Shown: positions 45,133 through 54,565 of the stretch, piece by piece
Layout: every line of letters starts with the position of its first letter
Position numbering within the stretch: the stretch's first letter is position 1
Origin: Candidatus Omnitrophota bacterium
GTDB taxonomy: Bacteria > Omnitrophota > Gorgyraeia > Zapsychrales > Fredricksoniimonadaceae
Direction of reading: 5' to 3'
Assembly (NCBI GenBank): GCA_903836515.1
Contig: CAILQW010000012.1
Location: 1,792-65,791, forward strand
DNA length: 64,000 nt
Notes under the pieces: model-generated
The model's database searches: none
Seen by the model: only the letters and a program-made list of their open reading frames with translations
Told to the model about the DNA's origin: nothing
Made by a program: the position numbers and the translations under genes

Positions 45133-46025
45133 TATTTTGCCTCCTCCCATTTGGCTTCCTTCAGCAGAAAATCCATCACCTTGGCCGAAAGATTCTCGTT
45201 GGCTGCCGCATCGATCTTCTCGAGTTCCGCGATCTTGTGCAGGATCAGGAAAGTCCTCACGTCCTTTTCCGCCGCGGTCCTCAGTTCCTTGGCCGATGCC
45301 TCCGCTTTCTTGGCAATATCCTCATCCTTCATGCCGTAGGTTTTCAGACGGCGTGAAAATTCTTCCATACGCCCCTCAAGCTGACGATCGACCAGCGATT
45401 GGGGGACATCGAGCTTGCTCGCAGCGATCAGGGCATCCACGAGCTGGGTTTCGGCGTCGTAATGGTTCTGGCGTTCTTTTTCCTGTTCAAGATTCTGGCG
45501 CACCGCTTTTTTAAGGTCTTCCAGCGCCGGAAACCCGATGGTCTTGGCAAAAGCGTCATCCAAAGGGGCGTTGGCATCCCCGCCGCGGCCTTTCTTGAAA
45601 AACTCGAGGCTCTTGGTGACATCATCATCGGAAACATCCGCCTTCTTGCGGGTCAGCGCGATGCCCTTGTAGTTTTTCACCTCAACCACGGGACGCAGGT
45701 CAAAGGTGGCACGGAAACACAGCGCCCCCTCCTTCATTTCAACCTGGTCGATCCCGGGAAAGTCAACCGGATCAAGTTTTTCCTGGGTGATCCCCTCGTG
45801 ATACACTTCCGGGATCAGCTTCTTCATCATTTCCTCGCGCGCCGTCTTCCCGTGCGCGGCTTCCACCAGGGCGCGCGGGGCCTTGCCCGGACGAAACCCC
45901 TTCATCGCGGCATGACGGACAATATCCCCCATCACCTCATCGAATTTACCTTTCACACGTTCCTGGGGCACTTCAATATGCATTTCGCGGCGAAGCGCGT
46001 CCAGTTTTTTGACAGTGATCTTCAT
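45132..46025 (-). CDS. tig: Trigger factor, short form lacking the FKBP/PPIase domain
   Basis: The N-terminal ribosome-binding domain has the GFRPGKAP signature. The C-terminal arm region aligns to E. coli TF, but the ~100 aa PPIase segment is absent (297 aa versus ~430). Confidence 0.7.
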   Translation of the reverse strand: MKITVKKLDALRREMHIEVPQERVKGKFDEVMGDIVRHAAMKGFRPGKAPRALVEAAHGKTAREEMMKKLIPEVYHEGITQEKLDPVDFPGIDQVEMKEGALCFRATFDLRPVVEVKNYKGIALTRKKADVSDDDVTKSLEFFKKGRGGDANAPLDDAFAKTIGFPALEDLKKAVRQNLEQEKERQNHYDAETQLVDALIAASKLDVPQSLVDRQLEGRMEEFSRRLKTYGMKDEDIAKKAEASAKELRTAAEKDVRTFLILHKIAELEKIDAAANENLSAKVMDFLLKEAKWEEAK

Positions 46026-46141
46026 AAGTACTGCATGCTCCTTTCAAAATAAGTTTTTCGGGAAAAAACCATCATAAATGAATTATCTCTAAAAGCAACC
46101 ACTTATTGGATAGACCGCTCCGGCACCCGCCGCAGCGTTTT

Positions 46142-46864
46142 TCACATACTGAACTTCTCCCCCAGGTAAACCTTGCGGGCCTTGGGGTCATTGATCAGAT
46201 CATTGGCGGTCCCCGCGATCATGATACGGCCTTCGGCCACAAGATAGGCGCGGTCAACGATGGAGAGCGTTTCCCGGACATTGTGATCGGTCAACAGGAT
46301 CCCCAGACCCCGTTTTTTAAGGTCCTTGATGATCTCCTGGGCTTCGGCCACCACGATCGGGTCGATCCCCGAAAAAGGCTCATCGAGCAGAATAAAGGAA
46401 GGCTGGGTCACCAATGCCCGCGTGATCTCCAGGCGGCGGCGTTCCCCGCCCGACAGCGTATAGGCCTTGCTGCGCGCCAGGTGAGAAATATTCAATTCTT
46501 CCAACAGCGACTCCAGACGGCGCGTCCTTTCACGGGGGCCGATATCCAGCGTTTCCAGCACAGCCATAATATTTTCTTCGACCGTGAGCTTGCGAAAAAT
46601 GGACGGCTCCTGGGCAAGATAGCCCATCCCCAGGCGGCAGCGTTCGTGGATCGGCTTGCCCGTAATATCTTCCTGGTCGAAAAAGATCTTCCCTTCGTCG
46701 GGAGCCACGATACCTACCGCCATATAGAACGAAGTGGTCTTGCCGGCGCCATTGGGCCCCAGCAGGCCCACGATCTCGGAACGGCCCACCGAAAGGCTGA
46801 GCCCGTTCACCACGCGCCGGCCGTTGTAAGCTTTCACCAAGTCCTTGATCTCCAGAAGATCCAT
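46142..46864 (-). CDS. lptB: LPS export ABC transporter ATP-binding protein
   Basis: GPNGAGKTT Walker A, LSGGERRR signature, ILLDEP Walker B. Confidence 0.85.
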   Translation of the reverse strand: MDLLEIKDLVKAYNGRRVVNGLSLSVGRSEIVGLLGPNGAGKTTSFYMAVGIVAPDEGKIFFDQEDITGKPIHERCRLGMGYLAQEPSIFRKLTVEENIMAVLETLDIGPRERTRRLESLLEELNISHLARSKAYTLSGGERRRLEITRALVTQPSFILLDEPFSGIDPIVVAEAQEIIKDLKKRGLGILLTDHNVRETLSIVDRAYLVAEGRIMIAGTANDLINDPKARKVYLGEKFSM

Positions 46865-46874
46865 GGCATTCCCC

Positions 46875-47729
46875 TCAATATTGCAGCATCTCCCGGGACG
46901 TATGGTCGCCGGGATCGATCAAAAGTTTCGGTTTTCCGGTCAGGACCATGCGCTGCTGGTCGGCCTTGTACACCAGGGTATCCGAATACGTGATGTTCGC
47001 CCCCTGATGGACCTCGACATTGCCGGTGCAGACGATCTCCTTGATCTTGCGCGATTCCTGGTCGAATTTCACCTGCATCCGGTCGGCCTTCAGCTTGCGC
47101 CCCGTGGACAGTTCCAGCGCCTGGACATTGTCGGTAAAAACAGCCGACTGCGATTCCTGGTCGATCTCCATGGGGCCGTCGGAGGTGATCTGGATGCGGT
47201 TATCCTTGGTCTTGTCCTTACCCTCGGAGAGGATATTGGCAGTCACATCGCTTTTGAGCTTGGCGTCCTTGAGGTTGGGATGCGCCTCCATACCCTGGCC
47301 CTGGACCGTCATGCCGTTATCATCGATGCGGACTTTGTCATTGGTCTGGACCAGGTCCTTGCTGCGCTGCCACTCCAGGGTGTTGGTCTTCAGGGTCGCA
47401 CCGTTTTCAGAGGTGATCACCACATTGTCTTCCAGGTTCACATTCCCGGTCGTTTTGTCGATATTGCCTTTTTTGGCCTTGAGGTTAAGGTCCTGGTCGC
47501 CGTAAGAATTGGCGTTGACGTTGGTGACCGCTACCTGGTCGCCGTTGACATTCGCCTTGTCCCCTTTGATATCCCAGGTCTTGCTGCCACCCTCGGAATA
47601 CCCCGACAGATTGAAACCTTCCATCTCCTGGGCGGGCACATCCGGCCCGGCCACGGCAGGCGTCGTCTCGGCAAAAGAGGGCGCCGACAACAGGCATGCC
47701 AGAATGAGAAAGCCCAGGACGGTCTTCAC
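46875..47729 (-). CDS. LptA/OstA-like periplasmic LPS transport protein (extended, possibly duplicated OstA fold)
   Basis: Signal peptide; beta-jellyroll repeats typical of OstA_N/LptA; lies upstream of lptB and downstream of kdsC. Confidence 0.6.
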   Translation of the reverse strand: MKTVLGFLILACLLSAPSFAETTPAVAGPDVPAQEMEGFNLSGYSEGGSKTWDIKGDKANVNGDQVAVTNVNANSYGDQDLNLKAKKGNIDKTTGNVNLEDNVVITSENGATLKTNTLEWQRSKDLVQTNDKVRIDDNGMTVQGQGMEAHPNLKDAKLKSDVTANILSEGKDKTKDNRIQITSDGPMEIDQESQSAVFTDNVQALELSTGRKLKADRMQVKFDQESRKIKEIVCTGNVEVHQGANITYSDTLVYKADQQRMVLTGKPKLLIDPGDHTSREMLQY

Positions 47730-48226
47730 TGGACCCCCCAGCGGCCCTGGGCCTTGAGGATCTTTTCGACCGTCTCGCGCACCGCGCCGCGGCCGCCTGT
47801 ACGGCGCGTCACATAATCCGCGGCCTTTTTGATCTCCGGGGCCGCATTGGCCACCGCCACGGCAAAACCAGCGCGGGACAAAACCCCGTGATCGGGGATA
47901 TCGTCACCGATGAAACAAACTTCGGCATCGCAAACCCCGAAGGTCTTGAGCAAATCCTCATAAGCGTCGATCTTGGGAGACGCATCAAGATAGACCTTGT
48001 CGATCTGAAGATCACTGGTCCGCGCCCGGACAGCCTGCGCACTGCGCGCCGAGATAACCGCCGTCTTCAGGCCTTCCCGACGGGCGCGCGCAATTCCATA
48101 GCCGTCCTGCACGTCGAAAAATTTAAGCTCCCGGCCGCTGCCGTCGTAAACAATACGGCCGTCAGTCATCACCCCGTCAACATCCATGGCGATCACCTTG
48201 ATCTTTTTAAGGTCAGGCTTCTTCAT
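47726..48226 (-). CDS. kdsC: Kdo 8-phosphate phosphatase
   Basis: VIAMDVDGVMTDG HAD motif I; the ATG at 48226 overlaps the kdsD stop. The 90 aa N-terminal extension in the ORF track (non-ATG start, low complexity) is rejected. Confidence 0.8.
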   Translation of the reverse strand: MKKPDLKKIKVIAMDVDGVMTDGRIVYDGSGRELKFFDVQDGYGIARARREGLKTAVISARSAQAVRARTSDLQIDKVYLDASPKIDAYEDLLKTFGVCDAEVCFIGDDIPDHGVLSRAGFAVAVANAAPEIKKAADYVTRRTGGRGAVRETVEKILKAQGRWGVQ

Positions 48227-49185
48227 CGCGCCAGCCCCGCTTTCAAGAGGTCCTGGACATCCAGAAGCCCGACAAGCCGCCCCTTGGGGTCGACCACCGG
48301 AAGCTCGTCCACCTTTTTCTCCATCAGGGTGGCGAACGCCTCCGCGGCCAGGCGCGTGCTGGCAATGGTCAGCGGCCCCCTGGTCATGACCTTCCCCACA
48401 GGCTTGGAAAGAATACCAGGGTCTCCCTCGATATGGCGCCTCAGATCGCCGTCGGTGAATATCCCTGCCAGTTTCCCGCGCGCGTCCACCACACATGCCG
48501 AGCCGCAGCGGGCCTGGGTGATGGCCAAAAGCACATCCTTGACCGGTTCATTGTCGCGCACCCTGGCAAAATTATTGCCCTTGCGCATGATATCCTCGAC
48601 AGTCAAAAGAAGCCGCCGGCCCAGGCTGCCGCCGGGATGGAAAAAAGCAAAATCCTCGCGCCTGAAATTCTTGCGGTCGACCAAACACGCGGCCAAAGCA
48701 TCCCCCATGGCCAGTGTAGCGGTTGTCGACGCCATGGGCGCCAGGCCCAGAGGACAACCTTCCCGCGCCACGTTGACATTAAGGACAAGGTCGCAATGCC
48801 GCGCCAACGGCGAGGTCATTCCGCCGGTCATGGCAATGGTCCGGCAGCCGATTTTCTTAAGGAGCGGCAAAAGCCGTACAGTCTCTTCGGTCTCACCGCT
48901 TGAAGAGATCAGGATAACCACATCGTCGCGCGTGACCTGCCCCATATCGCCGTGCACCGCCTCGGCACTGTGCATATAAATGCTGGGCGTTCCCGTCGAT
49001 GAAAGTGTGGCGGATATCTTGCGGGCAACAATGCCGGTCTTGCCCATGCCGGCCACGACCACCCGCCCCGCGCACGCGGCCATGATATCGACGGCCTCGG
49101 CGAAATCCGCGTCAAGGTTTTTGACAAGGGCTTTGACCGCAGCCGCCTCGATCTCAAGAACTTCACGGGCGCGTTTTAACGGCAT
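48223..49185 (-). CDS. kdsD: Arabinose-5-phosphate isomerase (SIS plus tandem CBS)
   Basis: SIS domain GMGKTG; C-terminal CBS pair. Confidence 0.85.
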   Translation of the reverse strand: MPLKRAREVLEIEAAAVKALVKNLDADFAEAVDIMAACAGRVVVAGMGKTGIVARKISATLSSTGTPSIYMHSAEAVHGDMGQVTRDDVVILISSSGETEETVRLLPLLKKIGCRTIAMTGGMTSPLARHCDLVLNVNVAREGCPLGLAPMASTTATLAMGDALAACLVDRKNFRREDFAFFHPGGSLGRRLLLTVEDIMRKGNNFARVRDNEPVKDVLLAITQARCGSACVVDARGKLAGIFTDGDLRRHIEGDPGILSKPVGKVMTRGPLTIASTRLAAEAFATLMEKKVDELPVVDPKGRLVGLLDVQDLLKAGLAR

Positions 49186-49186
49186 A

Positions 49187-50023
49187 TCATTTTAACCCTT
49201 TCACAAGGCGGTCAATGTTCACCATCATGGCCAAGAGAGGCTCGAGCTTCCCGATCGGGAGCATGTTGGGCCCGTCCGAGCGGGCTTTGCGGGGATCCGT
49301 GTGCGTCTCCATGAAGACCGCGTCCACACCGGCAGCCACGCCGCAGCGGGAAAGGAGCGGAATGAATTCACTGCGTCCGCCGGTGGTGTTACCCAGCCCG
49401 CCCGGCTGCTGGACACTGTGGGTCACATCATAGACCACCGGATACCCTGTATCGGCCATGATCGCCAGCCCCGTAAAGTCCGTAACAAGATTATTGTAAC
49501 CGAACGTCACCCCGCGTTCTGTCAGCAGGATATCCCGGCATCCGGCCTCCTCGGCTTTCCTGATCACGGACTTCATGTCCCAGGGCGCCAGGAACTGCCC
49601 CTTCTTGATATTGACCACGCGCCCGCTTTTGGCGGCGCGAACAACCAGCGAGGTCTGCCGGCACAAGAACGCCGGGATCTGGATGATATCCAGGACCTTC
49701 TCGGCCAGGGCGATCTCGGCGATATCATGGACATCGCTCAAGACCGGCACGTCGAAACGTTCCTTGATCTCGGCCAGGATATCCAGCCCCTCTTCAAGCC
49801 CTGGCCCCCGGAAGGAATCAATGGAGGTGCGGTTGGCCTTGTCGTAGCTGGCCTTGAACACATAAGGGATCCCCAGCTTGGCGGTGAGCTTCACCAGGTC
49901 CCCGGCCATCCTGATCGTGGAACGGCGGTCCTCGATGACGCACGGCCCCGCGATAAGGACAAACGGCGCCCCGGCGCCAAAGGTGATGCGGCCCAGTTTC
50001 ACAGTACGTTTTTTCATTGCCAA
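49187..50023 (-). CDS. kdsA: 2-dehydro-3-deoxyphosphooctonate aldolase (Kdo8P synthase)
   Basis: FVLIAGPCVIE N-terminus, KASYDKANR motif. Confidence 0.9.
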   Translation of the reverse strand: MAMKKRTVKLGRITFGAGAPFVLIAGPCVIEDRRSTIRMAGDLVKLTAKLGIPYVFKASYDKANRTSIDSFRGPGLEEGLDILAEIKERFDVPVLSDVHDIAEIALAEKVLDIIQIPAFLCRQTSLVVRAAKSGRVVNIKKGQFLAPWDMKSVIRKAEEAGCRDILLTERGVTFGYNNLVTDFTGLAIMADTGYPVVYDVTHSVQQPGGLGNTTGGRSEFIPLLSRCGVAAGVDAVFMETHTDPRKARSDGPNMLPIGKLEPLLAMMVNIDRLVKGLK

Positions 50024-50757
50024 CCGTGCACTTTCATATAGGTTTCAACCCTGACCACATCCTCGGGCACATCCACCCCCATGGCCTCCATGTCGGTCTC
50101 GACAGTCTTGATCCGAAAGCCTTCCTCAAGCACCCTGAGCTGTTCCAGACACTCCTGCTGTTCCAGAAACGACTTGGGCCAGCGGCAAAATTCGAACAAA
50201 AAAGCCCGGCGGTAGGCATAAAGACCAAGATGCTTGAAATAATTCCCCGTATCCGGCACGCCGTCACGGTTAAAGGGTATCGGGGCGCGCGAAAAATACA
50301 ACGCAAAGGACTTCTTGTCCGTGACGACCTTGACGACATTGGGATTGCGGAATTCTTCGATGCCCGCGATACGCTTGATGGGTGTGGCCATCACGCAGGA
50401 CGCATCGGCCTCCGCCAAACTTCCAACCAGCGCATCCACAAGCCCCGGCTGGATGAGCGGCTCGTCAGCCTGGATATTCACAATGATATCCGCATCCGTC
50501 TTGGCCGCGACTTCCGCCACACGGTCAGACCCCGAGGGATGGTCCGGACGCGTCAGGACCGCTGTGGCACCAAAGGCCTTGGCCCGTTCCAGCACATGCG
50601 CCTCATCGCAGGCAATAATGATATCCGACAACGCACGCGCGGCTTTAACCCGTTCCCAGACACGCTGGAGCATGGGCTTGCCCGCGATCGGGGCCAGGAT
50701 CTTGCCCGGAAAACGGGTTGAGGCCCAGCGTGCGGGGATAATACCGATGGCCTTCAC
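50014..50757 (-). CDS. kdsB: 3-deoxy-manno-octulosonate cytidylyltransferase
   Basis: IIPARWASTRFPGK motif. Confidence 0.9.
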   Translation of the reverse strand: MKAIGIIPARWASTRFPGKILAPIAGKPMLQRVWERVKAARALSDIIIACDEAHVLERAKAFGATAVLTRPDHPSGSDRVAEVAAKTDADIIVNIQADEPLIQPGLVDALVGSLAEADASCVMATPIKRIAGIEEFRNPNVVKVVTDKKSFALYFSRAPIPFNRDGVPDTGNYFKHLGLYAYRRAFLFEFCRWPKSFLEQQECLEQLRVLEEGFRIKTVETDMEAMGVDVPEDVVRVETYMKVHGWQ

Positions 50758-51782
50758 GCCGTGTCCTCTTTAAGGGACCGCACCAGTTCGTCGGGCGAAA
50801 CAGCTGCCGCACCAACCTTGGCCACCACAATGCCCGCCGCATGGTTGGCAATATCCGCGGCCTGCCGGCGGGTCGCTCCCGCGGCTATGGCCAGGGTAAA
50901 GACCGAGATCACCGTGTCTCCCGCACCGGAAACATCAAAGACCTCGCGCGCGCGGGTCGGGATATGATGCGGCTCCTTCCCCTGCTCGAAAAGGCACATG
51001 CCGTCCTCTCCCAGCGTGATGAGCAAGGAATCGATCCCCAGATATTTCAACAGCCCCTTCCCGGACTCGACAACAACCTTCATATTATTCAGACGGGTGG
51101 AACCGATCCCCAGGGCCCGGCGGGTATCCGGCTCGAGGCTCTTTAAGGCATTCTCCGTTTCCTTGCGGTTGGGCGTAATGGATGTCACCGGCCCGTAGAA
51201 CTTCAAATGCTCCACCTTGGGGTCCACCACCACCGGGATCTTTTTCTTCCGGCACAGGTTCGTCACCTCCGCCACCAAAGCTGCCTGAACAATGCCCTTG
51301 CCGTAATCCGATATGATCACCGCGTCAAAATGATTGAAATTCTTTCGGATGAATGGCGCCACACTCCTGATATAAAACGCATTATCCGGATCATCATCAA
51401 CCGTCTCACGGTCCACACGCACGACCTGCTGATGGTGCGCGATGATGCGGGTCTTCAAGATGGTCTCCACGCGTTTATCCGTCAGGACGCCTTCGGTACG
51501 GATATGGCGCTCGGCCAAAACATTTTTAAGGAGCGCGCCTTCCTGGTCATCCCCCACACGCCCGACCAGCGACACCTTGGCGCCGAGACTGCTGAGATTA
51601 TTGGCCACATTCGCCGCCCCGCCGGGAGTATGGAACAGCTGTTCCTGCAGGACAACCGGAACCGGCGCCTCGGGCGAAATGCGGCTCACACTCCCCTTGA
51701 TATACTGGTCAAGGATAAGATCGCCGATGACAAGGACATGCTTTTTGGAAAAAGCGTTCAGGATCCCCGCGTATTTGTGCAT
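50754..51782 (-). CDS. hldE: D-glycero-beta-D-manno-heptose 7-phosphate kinase (HldE domain I / RfaE1, PfkB family), stand-alone
   Basis: PfkB sugar-kinase motifs (GGAANVA, DVSGAGDT); no adenylyltransferase domain is fused. Confidence 0.8.
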   Translation of the reverse strand: MHKYAGILNAFSKKHVLVIGDLILDQYIKGSVSRISPEAPVPVVLQEQLFHTPGGAANVANNLSSLGAKVSLVGRVGDDQEGALLKNVLAERHIRTEGVLTDKRVETILKTRIIAHHQQVVRVDRETVDDDPDNAFYIRSVAPFIRKNFNHFDAVIISDYGKGIVQAALVAEVTNLCRKKKIPVVVDPKVEHLKFYGPVTSITPNRKETENALKSLEPDTRRALGIGSTRLNNMKVVVESGKGLLKYLGIDSLLITLGEDGMCLFEQGKEPHHIPTRAREVFDVSGAGDTVISVFTLAIAAGATRRQAADIANHAAGIVVAKVGAAAVSPDELVRSLKEDTA

Positions 51783-51826
51783 AAACCCCTTTTTATATAT
51801 AAGAATAATATGCGGAAGCGGTTATA

Positions 51827-51852
51827 GTATCACGCTTTGGATGGGGTGTCAA
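51827..51852 (-). promoter_or_regulatory. Sigma70-like promoter TTGACA-17 nt-TACTAT upstream of hldE and the kds genes
   Basis: Minus strand gcgTTGACAccccatccaaagcgtgaTACTATaacc. Confidence 0.35.
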
Positions 51853-51876
51853 CGCGGAGGACTTTTTATGGAGAGG

Positions 51877-52137
51877 CTAAGGATTCTTCAAAAGATCATG
51901 GGTGCCGACCTTGCGTAAAACAGCTGTGGCACCAACCTTCTGGTAGGTCATGCGATAATTCCGGGACACTCTCAATTCAAAGATATCGACCTGACCAGCC
52001 ATCTTCTTATGGCCTAACGAAGGATAATCCGGATCATCGGCAAAAAGTGCCAGCGCCTTTTGGGTGCGTTGCTGGATATCCTTAGGAAGCTTCTTGTAAA
52101 GCTTGATAAATGTCTCGGTCACTTCAACATGCATCAT
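51877..52137 (-). CDS. RelE/ParE-family type II toxin
   Basis: 86 aa; ParE/RelE fold sequence features; overlaps the upstream antitoxin by 4 bp. Confidence 0.75.
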   Translation of the reverse strand: MMHVEVTETFIKLYKKLPKDIQQRTQKALALFADDPDYPSLGHKKMAGQVDIFELRVSRNYRMTYQKVGATAVLRKVGTHDLLKNP

Positions 52138-52403
52138 CGATCAAGCCGCTCCAAAAGCTCTTTCATGTTTTTCGTCTTGGTAACTTTCCCGGTCTTGATG
52201 TCAATGGCAGCCCGCCGCTCGTCAGCCTGCCACTCTTCCGTATAAAAATACTGCTGGTCCTTGGGGATCATGACCTGCGGCTCAAGGACAATGGTGTGCC
52301 CCACAACACGCACATCAAGATAATCATTGGTCTGGAGATTAAGCCTTTCAACGATCTCTTTAGGTACTGCGATCTGGTTATTCTGTCCTAATTTACGTAA
52401 CAT
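52134..52403 (-). CDS. AbrB/MazE (SpoVT-AbrB) family antitoxin
   Basis: IAVPKEIVERLNL swapped-hairpin motif; ATG 52403 with a GGAGGTG RBS. Confidence 0.7.
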   Translation of the reverse strand: MLRKLGQNNQIAVPKEIVERLNLQTNDYLDVRVVGHTIVLEPQVMIPKDQQYFYTEEWQADERRAAIDIKTGKVTKTKNMKELLERLDR

Positions 52404-52497
52404 ACAATTCACCTCCAGCCCAAAATATACCACCCTTGTTCATATTATGTCAAGATATGAAAATATGAGAATATATATTCGACCACTGCCAATCCCG

Positions 52498-53089
52498 CTA
52501 CCACATCTTTTTAAGGAAATCTGCACGGCCGGAGCCGGCTTTGTAGGCATTGTAGTGCCCGGACTGTTTGAGGTAATATTTCTGATGGTATGCCTCGGCA
52601 GGATAAAAAGGCGCGGCGCGCAGAGCCCGGGTCTGAACAGGTTTGTTGAACTTGCCCGATGCCCCCAGGCGGGCTATCGCTTCTTGCGCTGCTTTCTTCT
52701 GGGCCTCATCCGTGTAGAAGATCGCGGTCCGGTACTGACTACCGCGATCGGCAAACTGCCCGCCGTCATCGGTGGGATCGACCGTACGCCAGAAAATATC
52801 CACCAGTGTGTCATACGACACAACCTTGGGGTCGTAAACGACCTCGATGGCCTCGACATTGCCCTGTGGTGCCGGAAGAGACCTGTTCATAGGTCGGCGA
52901 AGGCACATGCCCGCCGGTATACCCCACCGTGGTCGCAATGACACCCGGAGTGTGGTCGAACCCAGGCTGCAGGCACCAGAAACACCCGCCCGCGAACACC
53001 GCTTTCTTCAACGATGAAGGTGCATTATCCGCCAAACTTGCGTGTGTCATCAAGACCCCCAGTAAAAATATAAACACAAGAGACTTCAT
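52498..53089 (-). pseudogene. msrA: Peptide methionine sulfoxide reductase MsrA with a frameshift near 52860 (or a sequencing error)
   Basis: The N-terminal half (signal peptide plus [10 protein letters not shown]...[23 protein letters not shown]) is in one frame (52811..53089). The C-terminal half ([11 protein letters not shown]...FYPAEAYHQKY) is in another (52498..52944). The junction gggcaatgtcgag is compatible with a 2 nt loss at the TGH codons. Confidence 0.55.
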
Positions 53090-53098
53090 ACGATCCCT

Positions 53099-53629
53099 TC
53101 ACTGAAAAAGGCACTGGTAGGCCCCATAGCCCTCTTTTTCAAGCGCTTCCCGGGGAATGAACCTGAGCGCCGCCGAGTTCATGCAATAGCGCTGGCCGGT
53201 GGGTGCCGGGCCGTCGTTAAAAACATGGCCAAAATGCGCACTTCCCTGCGCGTTACGCACCTCGGTGCGAACCATGCCATGCCCGGCATCCGCTTGCACA
53301 CGCACAGCCGCCGGTTCGATGGGCCGGGTAAAACTCGGCCAGCCTGTTCCCGAATCAAACTTGTCCTTTGAACTGAAAAGAACCTTGCCGGTCACAACAT
53401 CCACATAAAGGCCCTCACGGTGCTCGTTCCAGTAGGCATTCCTGAAAGGCGGTTCCGTCCCATTCTCCTGGGTGACGTTATATTGCTCCGGCGTCAAACG
53501 GGACTTTAAATCAGACTTCAGCGCATCTTGATCTTTCATAGTTCCCTCCGCATGTGCCTGAATCTCCATGGATAAAACCACAAACACTAACATTAAAAAA
53601 GATATGCCTGCATGTTCTAACCTGTTCAT
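53099..53629 (-). CDS. msrB: Peptide methionine sulfoxide reductase MsrB, secreted
   Basis: SelR domain ([23 protein letters not shown]); N-terminal signal peptide. Confidence 0.85.
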   Translation of the reverse strand: MNRLEHAGISFLMLVFVVLSMEIQAHAEGTMKDQDALKSDLKSRLTPEQYNVTQENGTEPPFRNAYWNEHREGLYVDVVTGKVLFSSKDKFDSGTGWPSFTRPIEPAAVRVQADAGHGMVRTEVRNAQGSAHFGHVFNDGPAPTGQRYCMNSAALRFIPREALEKEGYGAYQCLFQ

Positions 53630-53777
53630 ATGCCCCTCACGGGTTGAACGTTGTGGTCGCTGGATTTCCTTTTAATATTATACTGCGGGCGTGAATATCA
53701 GGGGATATTTTCATCTACAAGCGGGATATCGGGCGACCCACCATGGAACCCACCCACCATGGGAATTTAATTCTGGA

Positions 53778-54074
53778 TCAAATGCCCTGCAACCGGCCAG
53801 CGAGCGCGCGGTAAACCTTGTCATCCTTGCGGACACCGATCTTGACGACAAGGACAAGCACCTGATCTTTGACGATACGATATACCACGCGATGATCTTC
53901 CACGCGCAGACGCCAGTAACCTTTGTATTCCCCGGTCAGGGGTTTGCCGTAAGCCTCGGGATCAAGGGAAAGCTTCCTGTTCACCGCCTTGAGGATTACC
54001 GATTGTTCAAAGGGGGTCAGGACGGAAAGGTCCTCGGTGAGAACCAGCCGGTGCAACTGAACGCGCCAGATCAT
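53778..54074 (-). CDS. ParE/RelE-family type II toxin
   Basis: YWRLRVEDHRVVYRI motif; overlaps the antitoxin by 4 bp. Confidence 0.75.
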   Translation of the reverse strand: MIWRVQLHRLVLTEDLSVLTPFEQSVILKAVNRKLSLDPEAYGKPLTGEYKGYWRLRVEDHRVVYRIVKDQVLVLVVKIGVRKDDKVYRALAGRLQGI

Positions 54075-54355
54075 TTCCTGGCAAGCCCCTGGAGCGCGGT
54101 CTCAATATCGATATAATCCGACGGTTTGGCGCCGCCTTCGCGTTCCCGGGCCAGGCGGGCCAGGGCCAGGTCTTCCAGCACATCCAGGCGCTCTTCCATC
54201 CGCGCAAAACGCGCCGCATCGATCAGCACGGCATAGGGTTTATGACGCTTTTCAATAATGACCTTGCCCTTACGGCTGGCCGCAAGGATATCGTCCATGC
54301 GCGTGCGCATCTCGGAAACCCCCACCAATGTCGTGTTTTCTTTAACGGTTATCAT
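54071..54355 (-). CDS. Phd/YefM-family antitoxin
   Basis: Phd/YefM N-domain; GGAGGTG RBS; promoter with palindromic operator immediately upstream. Confidence 0.75.
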   Translation of the reverse strand: MITVKENTTLVGVSEMRTRMDDILAASRKGKVIIEKRHKPYAVLIDAARFARMEERLDVLEDLALARLAREREGGAKPSDYIDIETALQGLARK

Positions 54356-54359
54356 AAGT

Positions 54360-54420
54360 TTTCACCTCCGCGTAAAGAATACCACTTGACTATTAAATTG
54401 TCAACGATATGACAAATGAA
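54360..54420 (-). promoter_or_regulatory. TA promoter (TTGACA-17 nt-TATTCT) with an overlapping palindromic operator ttgtca-N6-tgacaa
   Basis: Minus strand cattTTGTCAtatcgTTGACAatttaatagtcaagtggTATTCTttacgcGGAGGTG. Confidence 0.45.
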
Positions 54421-54431
54421 TCGTCATATAC

Positions 54432-54452
54432 GGGCGGGTCACAGACCCGCCC
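54432..54452. repeat. REP-like GC hairpin gggcgggtc-aca-gacccgccc (copy 1)
   Basis: Perfect 9 bp stem with a 3 nt loop. Confidence 0.8.
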
Positions 54453-54510
54453 CTACGCACCATTTGCACATCACACCATGCCGCATCCACATACACCCTT
54501 GCGCGTGTAC

Positions 54511-54531
54511 GGGCGGGTCTGTGACCCGCCC
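54511..54531. repeat. REP-like GC hairpin gggcgggtc-tgt-gacccgccc (copy 2; forms a BIME-like pair with copy 1)
   Basis: Identical stem with a complementary loop, 58 bp from copy 1. Confidence 0.8.
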
Positions 54532-54565
54532 ACGTGAGCCTTTCCAGCCCACGCCCCATAAAAAT

